In this document: one piece after another, positions 1 to 8,010 of the stretch | Position numbering within the stretch: the first letter of the stretch is position 1 | How the letters are laid out: every line of letters begins with the position of its first letter | Source: Opitutales bacterium | GTDB taxonomy: Bacteria > Verrucomicrobiota > Verrucomicrobiia > Opitutales > JABSRG01 | Direction: 5' to 3' | Assembly (NCBI GenBank): GCA_049599475.1 | Contig: JBMYOQ010000030.1 | Location: 1 to 46,873 of the forward strand | DNA length: 46,873 bases | Notes under the pieces: generated by a model | What the model saw: the letters and a program-made list of their open reading frames with translations, nothing else | What the model was told of the DNA's origin: nothing | Database searches by the model: none | Program-made: the position numbers and the translations under genes

Positions 1-102
1 CATGCCATAATAGTACAAGGCTTTTATCGATTTATTTGAAGACAGCCCCTAATACCCGAACCGTATCAGAAGTTTGCCGAAGGAATTCTTAGTGAGCTTG
101 GA

Positions 103-1614
103 GTGGAGGACGCTTTTGAGTTTATCGGTCTCGACGAAGAAATTGAAGCATTGGAAGAGACTCTGGATAGTGTAGATGAGATTTTAGAAGATCCGCTTAA
201 ATTTCTGCGGGACAAACTGGAGAGTTTCAAAGACCTCGTACTGAAAGAGTTGCCAACGCAGATTGGTGCTAGTCTGGAATACGCCTATAATTACACGCGA
301 AGCGAAGATACTCTATTAGAGGCCAATGTTGATCGAACTAAGATCTTAGGTTATGGCAAAGATTTGCTCCTGCTGGATATTCGAAAACTGGTTGAAGACT
401 CGAAGGATGCAGCAGCGGGTGTGAGTTTGAAACGCTATTCATTTCAAGAATCTATCAAAGAGAGTTGGAGTGTAAGCCTTTCGGTAGGCCTTCCATTTGG
501 CTTTAATTTTGGACAGTCTTGGTCTGACCAAGATCTTTGGACTACGCGGAAAATTAGCACGCCCGCCGGGACATCTTATCAGCATGGTTTTCATGGTATC
601 CATGGGGTTTCTCTGAAAGACAACGCCGACTGGGGGGTGTTGAATGCAGATTGGTCCTCAGAGCTTGTGGCGATTACACCTAGAGCCCTGGCCGGGGCAG
701 AGGCACGCCTATCTGGTTTTGAGTTTCGATTAGAAATTTCGGCAAAGATGATTTCCCCGACGAGTCTGGCTGGAAGACTATTGGATGACGAGACGCACCT
801 ACTGAAGAGTTTGGACATCGGGGTTTTGTTTGGAGCGATAACAGATACTAATGTTCGAGACTACCTATCGGGCCTAAAAGATAAGGAGCCTAAAGTTTCC
901 CAGATCGAGCAGGCCGCTTGTATTAGTAAAATCGTGATTGATCATGATACGCTTTCGAGCATTGCAAAAATTATCTCGGATTTGTCCGACTCTGACTATG
1001 TCGACCTGGGTGCTTCTGCCGCGGCGAGGGCGGTATTATGTTGGCCGAAGTATAAGATCCGTTGTGATAGTAGTTTTCGAGAACGGGCCTATTTTTCTGC
1101 GATGCAAAAATTCTTGAAAGACGGAAAATCTGGAAAAAAGAGTAATTTGAAGGCCTTCGCTAAGTTGATTAAGCAATCCATTTTGAGTGTTGAGTCTGGG
1201 AAATACGGTTCCGATGAGCGTGAGCGATTAGCGAAAAAGGAAAATACACCGGACTTGAAGAAAAGGCCTACTGGGCATGGAAAATTCCGAGATTTTACCA
1301 GCAAAAAGTTTGGTGCCGGAATTATTTACCAAAGCGATACTGGCAGAATGCATTTACCCTCTGCTTTGTCGGATCTTCGAAAGGCAATGTCTCAGATCGT
1401 CAGTCCGAATTCTCCCTTAGCCTATCATCGATCTTTGGAGAAATTGGATGATCAGATAGGCTCTATGCTTGGTAGTGTTTACGGTGCGCGTGTCCTTGTA
1501 TCCCTTCTAGGCATTGTGATGAGAGATTACGATATCGATACGTCCTCGGTGAAGCGGTCTTTTAAAATAAAGGGAGAGATCGCGGGAGATAAAAAGACGA
1601 TCAGTCTTTCTTAA
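103..1614 (+). CDS. Hypothetical protein, probably 5'-truncated or frameshifted near the window edge
   Basis: 503-aa ORF with no recognisable motif. The frame stays open upstream of the GTG back to a TGA at 37-39 and reads like protein (LIPEPYQKFAEGILSELG). Confidence 0.7.
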   Translation: MEDAFEFIGLDEEIEALEETLDSVDEILEDPLKFLRDKLESFKDLVLKELPTQIGASLEYAYNYTRSEDTLLEANVDRTKILGYGKDLLLLDIRKLVEDSKDAAAGVSLKRYSFQESIKESWSVSLSVGLPFGFNFGQSWSDQDLWTTRKISTPAGTSYQHGFHGIHGVSLKDNADWGVLNADWSSELVAITPRALAGAEARLSGFEFRLEISAKMISPTSLAGRLLDDETHLLKSLDIGVLFGAITDTNVRDYLSGLKDKEPKVSQIEQAACISKIVIDHDTLSSIAKIISDLSDSDYVDLGASAAARAVLCWPKYKIRCDSSFRERAYFSAMQKFLKDGKSGKKSNLKAFAKLIKQSILSVESGKYGSDERERLAKKENTPDLKKRPTGHGKFRDFTSKKFGAGIIYQSDTGRMHLPSALSDLRKAMSQIVSPNSPLAYHRSLEKLDDQIGSMLGSVYGARVLVSLLGIVMRDYDIDTSSVKRSFKIKGEIAGDKKTISLS

Positions 1615-2146
1615 GTATACCTTTGCGGAGAGGGCCCTATTATTTCACGGGGCTCTCATTTCAAGGTATTACAGCTTATCAAACCTTTGAGTGAAGGCCG
1701 CGTCGCGATGGAGATCGTCGAAGGTGACCTGTAGAGGGATGGCATGGCATTCAGCGCCATCATACGTATATCCGCCGATGGGAGCGCTATAAGGCTGCTG
1801 ATTGCGGCTGTTTGGGAAATTTGAGCTCTAGATGCAGGGATCTATGGGGTGAAACTTGAGAAATATTTTTTGCTGCACATTGTTTGCATTCGGTATGTTA
1901 AGTAAATATGCGATCAAGATAAAAGGGTAAGTGAATGCTCAGTTTTGGGAGGATATTGTTAACAGCTTTGGCGCACTTAACAAAGAGAATGGCAATATCA
2001 TACCGGCGCTTTAAGCGCATCTAATTCATAATTTCAGGCTCTCAACAATCCCTGTCTTCTTCCTGTAGATCGCGAAAACGAGCATTCGCTTTCTAAAGAG
2101 AACTAGACGGAACCGACTCACTCTAGCCCCCAGCATCTTTACTCAC

Positions 2147-2491
2147 ATGAAAGTAAATCTAGCACCTGAAAGCTCAAAGAGTGAGATGAACCCTAGTAAT
2201 CCCTCATCGCGACTGGTGCAGGGGCGGGCGCTACTCGAACAACAGAGACATCAATATGGCTACGAAGAGCCTCTATCGCGCAGTGAGTATGAAATTCTTG
2301 ATCGCTTGGCAAAAGGCATGATGAAGCGAGAGATAGCCGATGGTTTGAAAATATGCTATTCCACGGTCGATTATCGCGTAGGGCGCATCTACAAGAAACT
2401 GCGCGTTCGGAATGCCGCAGCCGCTGTTCACCGCGCGCACCGCATCGGGATACTGAGGTCGGGAAGATGCGTCCACGTGCCTCTTGGCTAG
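2147..2491 (+). CDS. Solo LuxR/GerE-type HTH transcriptional regulator (no receiver domain)
   Basis: LSRSEYEILDRLAKGMMKREIADGLKICYSTVDYRVGRIYKKLRV matches the LuxR C-terminal HTH pattern. Confidence 0.85.
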   Translation: MKVNLAPESSKSEMNPSNPSSRLVQGRALLEQQRHQYGYEEPLSRSEYEILDRLAKGMMKREIADGLKICYSTVDYRVGRIYKKLRVRNAAAAVHRAHRIGILRSGRCVHVPLG

Positions 2492-2504
2492 GTGTGCTGC
2501 TCTA

Positions 2505-2675
2505 GTGAACGAGAAAAAGGAAAAAGTAGCCGCAGCACCTGGGTTGGCGGCATATGGATTAATTGTTACGGGGATTCTGGGTCTTATTCATGCCTTTGTG
2601 TTTGGAGCGCCTTTATCCCTGATAGCTTCGGCATTTGCGTTTGGCATTCTACTCTACGTTGCCTTTTGTAGCTAA
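2505..2675 (+). CDS. Small membrane protein (about 2 TM helices)
   Basis: Charged N-terminus followed by two hydrophobic segments. GTG at 2505 is preferred over the overlapping TTG at 2484. Confidence 0.55.
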   Translation: MNEKKEKVAAAPGLAAYGLIVTGILGLIHAFVFGAPLSLIASAFAFGILLYVAFCS

Positions 2676-2716
2676 TGGGACGCCTTAAAAGTCTCAAATC
2701 GTTCGAATTCCTGCGG

Positions 2717-2748
2717 GGTGAGCCGGATTCAACAGAACCCGGTTCACC
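2717..2748. repeat. Inverted repeat (GGTGAGCC-family REP-like doublet; may also act as a terminator)
   Basis: GGTGAGCCGG (2717-2726) pairs with CCGGTTCACC (2739-2748), and the stem extends inward. Related motifs lie at 11525, 30170 and 42449. Confidence 0.55.
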
Positions 2749-2848
2749 GACAGAATGCGCAACTTTATAGCCCTTTCAGGCGATATACAGGGATGTTATT
2801 GCTCGTTGTTGCATAGATTTATTTCGATGCGCGTTCGCCCAAATTCTC

Positions 2849-4789
2849 ATGCTGGAGATTGGAGCGAAGATGTCTGTTTTGTGGGTGTGCGCTTGCCTCT
2901 ATTGGGGTGGCGTTGGGCACACATTCGGGATGGATCGAGCTGAAGCGATTAGGACTCAACTTGAAGTTTTGGACGCTGAAATCGAAGCGATTCCCCAGGA
3001 AAGCATTAATCTCGCGCCGTGGACGCTTGGATGGCGTTCCGAGCCATCAGATAGCCCGCAGATCGAAATCCACCTTCAGCTCGATTTCGAGGAGCCCGCA
3101 CCAGTAGACCTTATCGTGTTGATGCCCGCAACGTTTACCGATGATGGCGAAGATCTCCAGCCCTATGGCTTTCCCCTTCGATTCTCACTGGAAGGCATTC
3201 TGCCCAACGGCGACCTTGAAGTCCTAAAAGATCATCGATCGGAGGATTACCTGATCGACGGCGTAGGGCCTCAGTTGTTCGAATTAGATAGCTCGAGAGA
3301 GTATGTGGGGATTAGATTGTCTATCTACAAAATTCCTGAAAACAATACATGGACTCTGGGCGCTTTTCGTGGGGCCCTGAGTGAGATGTATGTATTTTCC
3401 GGAGACAGGAATATTGCGCTGAATCAGCCGGTATCTGTATCCTCTGCGGATAATCATTCCTATGTTTGGTCTCCCGAAGCGCTGGTGGATGGGTTCTCCC
3501 TGTATTCTCCGATAGAACGCGTGCCGCAGAGCCCGAATGAAACGTCCTTCCGCGTGAAGAATATTCAATTTGCGCAATTGGTTTTCGATCTCGGTGAGGT
3601 TTCAAGTTTTGATGAGTTTCGGTTTTGGCCGCTGATCTATGGATTGCAGTTCAATTATCCTCCAACGAGTGGCATTGGTTTCCCGCGAGGGATCTTAATC
3701 GAATCATCTCTCGACGCGGATTTCGAAGACTCCACAATTATTTACGATAATCCAGAAATCTATCCAACGATAGGCTCAAATCCGCTGATGCTTCGCACGG
3801 ATAGGTCGCAAGGTAGGTATGTTCGCATGACTTTTTTCAACCTAGTCGATGACCGCCGAATCGGTCTCGGGGAACTGGCCATTGATGAGATCCAAATCCT
3901 CGACAGAGGAAGATTACTTTCGGAGGGGATTGTTCCCACTACGAATATTCAGGACTCCAAGCATAAAGGTATATCCACGCTCACCGACGGGTTGACGAGT
4001 GAAGGGAAAATCCTGCGTCAGAAGTCATGGCTCGTGGCATTTGCACTTCGGTCCGAGCTAGTGAGGTTGCGTGATCGATTACACCTTGAATATGAAATCG
4101 CGCAGCGACAAGAGAGTGAGCGAGCCACTTTTATACATGCGGCAACTATCGGAGTAATCATTATCTTGATCCTCACGGTGTGCTTGGTCGTTTTGCTTGC
4201 CCGGCGGCATTGGATTCGCATGCGCGAACGCATTGCATGCGATTTACATGATGATATAGGTGCGAACATGGCGAGTGTGGCGCATCGATTGGAACTGGCT
4301 CAACACTATATTTTAAACCGTTTAGAAGGTTCTGAGGAATTAATTGAAGGTGCCATAAAAACCTCTCGGGCAACGGCTGAAGATACGCGGAAGATTGTTC
4401 GATTTTTAGAATACAAGCATTCTGTCATTCGATGGGAGGAAGATTTAGAGGAATTGGCCGCGCATATATTGTGCGATTTAGAATATTCTATAGATGTTAG
4501 TGCGCCAATTTCATTGAAAAAACTCAATACATCACGCTCTTGGGACTTGTTGCTCTTTATCAAAGAAGCGTTCAGCAATGCAGCGAAGCATGCTCAAGCC
4601 TCTTTCGTTCACCTCTCATTCTCTGATACCGCAGGGCGTTTGCAATTGGCTATTCGAGATAACGGGCTTGGTATACCGGACACGAAGCTTCCAGTAAGGC
4701 ACTTGGAGAGCCGAGCAAAGCGGCTGGGTGCTCGGTTGAAGGTCGATAGTAAAATCAATGAGGGGACTTCCATCTGTCTTATTTTTTAG
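2849..4789 (+). CDS. Sensor histidine kinase (HisKA_3/NarX-like) with a large extracytoplasmic beta-rich (discoidin/F5-8-like) region
   Basis: Signal-like N-terminus, TM helix (IGVIIILILTVCLVVLL), H-box RERIACDLHDDIG, N-box KEAFSNAAKHA, G1 IRDNGLG, terminal GTSI. Confidence 0.9.
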   Translation: MLEIGAKMSVLWVCACLYWGGVGHTFGMDRAEAIRTQLEVLDAEIEAIPQESINLAPWTLGWRSEPSDSPQIEIHLQLDFEEPAPVDLIVLMPATFTDDGEDLQPYGFPLRFSLEGILPNGDLEVLKDHRSEDYLIDGVGPQLFELDSSREYVGIRLSIYKIPENNTWTLGAFRGALSEMYVFSGDRNIALNQPVSVSSADNHSYVWSPEALVDGFSLYSPIERVPQSPNETSFRVKNIQFAQLVFDLGEVSSFDEFRFWPLIYGLQFNYPPTSGIGFPRGILIESSLDADFEDSTIIYDNPEIYPTIGSNPLMLRTDRSQGRYVRMTFFNLVDDRRIGLGELAIDEIQILDRGRLLSEGIVPTTNIQDSKHKGISTLTDGLTSEGKILRQKSWLVAFALRSELVRLRDRLHLEYEIAQRQESERATFIHAATIGVIIILILTVCLVVLLARRHWIRMRERIACDLHDDIGANMASVAHRLELAQHYILNRLEGSEELIEGAIKTSRATAEDTRKIVRFLEYKHSVIRWEEDLEELAAHILCDLEYSIDVSAPISLKKLNTSRSWDLLLFIKEAFSNAAKHAQASFVHLSFSDTAGRLQLAIRDNGLGIPDTKLPVRHLESRAKRLGARLKVDSKINEGTSICLIF

Positions 4790-4800
4790 AGTAAATCCAT

Positions 4801-5445
4801 ATGTCCAAAATCACCAAAGTATTAGTCGTCGAGGACAGTAAGATTTTCGCACAGTCTCTGCGCGAAGTCATTGAGGTGGCGCCGGATCTGGAGTGGGTGG
4901 GATGCTATGGGCGTGCGGATGCATGTGAGCGCGCACTGAGTCGCGACCATTCAATCGCGTTTGATCTTGTTTTGCTGGATTTACACCTTCCCGATCGTGA
5001 GGGTCTTAGCCTAATTCCGAGTATCAAACAAAGGTATCTAAACGCGCATATAATCATAATTACTCAGAACGATGACTATTTGAAAACCTTGGAGGCCGTA
5101 CGTTTAGGCGTCGCTGGCTACATCCTCAAAAATGCATCGATCCACAAAATATGGGAAACTATTCGCGAGGTGCGTGATGGTGGGAATGTTATCGATCCGC
5201 GCCTATCGAAACTTGTTCTGGAGGTGCTCTCGACTCCCGCGAAAGGACAAGAAGGTCTCCTGAGTGAGCGTGAAGTTCAGGTGCTTGAGCGCTTGTCGAT
5301 GGGCTTCGTCAAAAAGGAGATCGCCGAATCTCTCGATTTGAGTATCAATACGATCAATGGATATACTGAAAATATCTATAAGAAGTTACAGGTTCAGAAT
5401 GTTGCAGCTGCGGTAGCGACGGGGATTCGGCGGGGACTGATTTAA
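4801..5445 (+). CDS. NarL/FixJ-family response regulator (REC + LuxR HTH)
   Basis: VLVVEDS, LLDLHLP phospho-Asp motif, GYILK, and C-terminal LSEREVQVL...IYKKLQV. Starts 11 bp after the kinase. Confidence 0.95.
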   Translation: MSKITKVLVVEDSKIFAQSLREVIEVAPDLEWVGCYGRADACERALSRDHSIAFDLVLLDLHLPDREGLSLIPSIKQRYLNAHIIIITQNDDYLKTLEAVRLGVAGYILKNASIHKIWETIREVRDGGNVIDPRLSKLVLEVLSTPAKGQEGLLSEREVQVLERLSMGFVKKEIAESLDLSINTINGYTENIYKKLQVQNVAAAVATGIRRGLI

Positions 5446-5728
5446 GATCTGGTCCAGATTTTTAAATTATACATCTTGTAGTTGGTTTAAATGACAGGGG
5501 CATATGACCCTACGGATGCATCCGGTTTCATTTAGCCGTTTAGGGTATTTTGTCCCTGCTTGAAGTTTTGGTGGTTTCTTAAGTTGTTGTTTGTCAGTGA
5601 GAAAGGAATTATTATGCGTGATTTTGTGTGCTTGGTTGCAGCAATCTGAACTGTCCGATTTCGGTTTTTTCGGGTTAATAGAGGGTGAAAAATATTTTTG
5701 ATGAACCCTAAAGGAAGATGGATGTGAT

Positions 5729-6292
5729 ATGAATCAAGTGTCGGAAATCGAAAAACGCAAAGAATGGATCGGGCCTGTGTTCTCGGTGTTATTGATACGA
5801 GCTTGGCTAGCGATGCGGAGCATCCAAAGTGGTATAGAAAAATTTGGTACAATGGTGCCGGTGTCTGTAAAGGCAGATATTGAGGGTAAGGAAAATGAAT
5901 ATGGATTGGAGGAAATTGAGTATATAAAAGCCTATGGCTTCGACTACTATCAAGGCGTGCCTGCTGCGTTGATGAAGAAGTTTGAGAATGAGCCTTTGAT
6001 GATAGATACTCTGTTGAAGGCATATAATTACTCGCTGGGACCCCTCTTTATTCTCCTTGGCCTGTGTGTGTTGCTTGGATTTCTCACGCGTCTGTCTCTC
6101 TTGGGAATGGGACTTTTGTATACGAGTCTGACATTTGGCTTAATCCTGCTAAACCAACCGTCGGGAGTCGCTTGGTTGGCAATCCATGTGATTTTGGTGG
6201 CTATGATGTTGTTTGCTGTGGATCACAATCGGGCTGAAATTGGTCGCTTGATACCGTCTCAGTCGAAACTGTCGATTTTGCGTAATCTTTAA
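5729..6292 (+). CDS. DoxX-family membrane protein
   Basis: N-terminal LLIRAWLA...SGIEKF, then LGLCVLLGFLTR and further TM helices typical of DoxX. Confidence 0.7.
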   Translation: MNQVSEIEKRKEWIGPVFSVLLIRAWLAMRSIQSGIEKFGTMVPVSVKADIEGKENEYGLEEIEYIKAYGFDYYQGVPAALMKKFENEPLMIDTLLKAYNYSLGPLFILLGLCVLLGFLTRLSLLGMGLLYTSLTFGLILLNQPSGVAWLAIHVILVAMMLFAVDHNRAEIGRLIPSQSKLSILRNL

Positions 6293-6310
6293 CTTGGGAG
6301 GATAATCAGA

Positions 6311-7744
6311 ATGAATACAGTAACGGAAATAGATCGTCGTGAATTTTTGAAGAAAGGGTCCATCTCGGCGGGGCTTGTGATGGGGGCACCCGCGATATTG
6401 AACGCTAACAATCTTCGAGCTCCCTCAGATGAGATCCGAGTAGGTTTTATTGGGTGCGGAGCCCAGCATGTTGTGCTTTATGATGCTATGAAAAATCTGA
6501 AGGGCCTTCGGTTTGTCGCCGCGTGCGATATCATGGTTCAGGATCGGTTGACTGCGACTCGGAATAGAATCGGGAAATCATTTGGGTATAAAATAAATAC
6601 CTACACTGACGCCGAAGAGATGTTGCGGAAAGAGGCGAAACACATGGATGCAGTATTTGTCGCAACGCCCGACTTCTGGCATGCGCCGCATACCATAATG
6701 GCGCTGGAGGCTGGTTGTCATGTATACTGCGAAAAAATGATGTCGGATACGCTAGAGGGGGCGCGGAGTATGGTTGAGGCAATGGACCGAACCGGCAAAC
6801 TATGTCAGATAGGTCATCAACGCAGGAGTAATCCTCGTTATCTCTACGTCCTTAATGAGCTGATACGAAAGCGAAAGTTGTGTGGTCAGATCGTAAATGT
6901 GAATGGGCAGTGGAATCGATCCTTGAGCGCATCGATGGCGAAGGCTCATGGAAAGCCACACATGCTCCCTGACGCAAAGACTCTGCGTAAGTATGGTTTT
7001 GAAAACGGGGTGAAGGGAATACTCTCTGAAGCCGAGCTGCGGCACAGGTTTGAGAACTGGCGGCTGTTCAAGGCCTTATCAGGAGGGCCTATATCTGATT
7101 TAGGGGCTCATCAGATAGATGTATTCAGTTGGTTTCTAGGCGCGAAGCCTACTAAACTTCACGCATCTGGAGCAGTGAGTCATTTTAAAGATCGAGAGCA
7201 TTTTGATAATGTGATGTGTATTTTCGACTATGATACTCAAGATGGAAATGCACGTGCTTTTTATCAGGTGTTGACGACAACGAGTGCGGGCGGTGGTTAC
7301 TTTGAATCCTTTATGGGCACAGAGGGCACGATCGCGATTTCTGAGAGAGAGGATTTTACGAAGATCTACAAGGAGTCGGGAGTAGAGGCTCATTTGTGGA
7401 ATGATTTGGTCGCGAATGGTTATCTAAAAAAGGGAGCGTCTAGATATTCGTCTAGTGCTACTGACAGTATTGCATCTTACGAGTCTACTCCTCCTGAGGA
7501 ATACATGCTCCCGGGAGGGCTTGGCGTGCGAAAAGGCACAGACAAAAAGGGCAACCCGAAGTATATTGGGCGTCCTCCACACCAGCCGCATATCGAAAAT
7601 TTCTTCAATGCGATTCGGGGACAAGCGAAACTCACATGTGACGCACGCCACGCCCTCGAATCGGAAGCTCCTATTTACTGGGTAAACGAAGCCGCAGAGA
7701 CCGGTGAAACCATCCGGTTCACTGATGAGCATCTGCGGGTATAG
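6311..7744 (+). CDS. Tat-exported Gfo/Idh/MocA-family NAD(P)-dependent oxidoreductase
   Basis: Twin-arginine DRREFLKK, Rossmann GFIGCG, DAVFVATPDFWHA, HVYCEK, GHQRRS, DLGAHQID. GGAGG RBS upstream. Confidence 0.92.
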   Translation: MNTVTEIDRREFLKKGSISAGLVMGAPAILNANNLRAPSDEIRVGFIGCGAQHVVLYDAMKNLKGLRFVAACDIMVQDRLTATRNRIGKSFGYKINTYTDAEEMLRKEAKHMDAVFVATPDFWHAPHTIMALEAGCHVYCEKMMSDTLEGARSMVEAMDRTGKLCQIGHQRRSNPRYLYVLNELIRKRKLCGQIVNVNGQWNRSLSASMAKAHGKPHMLPDAKTLRKYGFENGVKGILSEAELRHRFENWRLFKALSGGPISDLGAHQIDVFSWFLGAKPTKLHASGAVSHFKDREHFDNVMCIFDYDTQDGNARAFYQVLTTTSAGGGYFESFMGTEGTIAISEREDFTKIYKESGVEAHLWNDLVANGYLKKGASRYSSSATDSIASYESTPPEEYMLPGGLGVRKGTDKKGNPKYIGRPPHQPHIENFFNAIRGQAKLTCDARHALESEAPIYWVNEAAETGETIRFTDEHLRV

Positions 7745-7759
7745 GATAGTGTGAGGTGC

Positions 7760-7841
7760 GTGGCGCCCAGCGCTCTCATCGGGCATTCAGACTTGGGTGG
7801 TACTTAAGCGAGGGGATGCCTATCGGGGCGGTGGGCGCTAC
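7760..7841. repeat. Degenerate REP-like inverted-repeat doublet
   Basis: GTGGCGCCCAGCGCTCTCATCGGGCAT (7760-7786) resembles the reverse complement of 7816-7841 (GTAGCGCCCACCGCCCCGATAGGCAT). Confidence 0.55.
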
Positions 7842-7855
7842 CTTTTTACTCTTAT

Positions 7856-7984
7856 AGTTGTTCTCAAAAGTGTTTCGTTTGTTCTGGTAGGAGCCGACGA
7901 CCCCGGTGGCTTATCTGCGCGCATTAGGCCGCCGGGGTCGTCGGCCACTACCTTTCGTTTGCGACTACACTTTTGAGTAACAGT
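7856..7984. mobile_element. MITE-like element with imperfect terminal inverted repeats enclosing a GTAG...CTAC hairpin
   Basis: Left end AGTTGTTCTCAAAAGTGT and right end ACACTTTTGAGTAACAGT. Internal 7887-7951 reads GTAGGAGCCGACGACCCCGGTGGC...GCCGCCGGGGTCGTCGGCCACTAC. Confidence 0.5.
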
Positions 7985-8010
7985 CCAGCTTAGCAACGAG
8001 ACCCCGACTC

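Noticed and set aside
1669..1827. 52-codon minus-strand open frame (...PIGGYTYDGAECHAIPLQVTFDDLHRD...)
   Set aside because: No start codon and no recognisable motif. It could be a gene remnant, but that cannot be supported.
2695..2730. GTTCGAATTCC resembling a tRNA T-loop
   Set aside because: No T-stem, acceptor stem or cloverleaf; better explained as part of the repeat family.
5470..5480. TACA-N3-TGTA palindrome after the response regulator
   Set aside because: Too short to distinguish from chance, with no convincing second copy.
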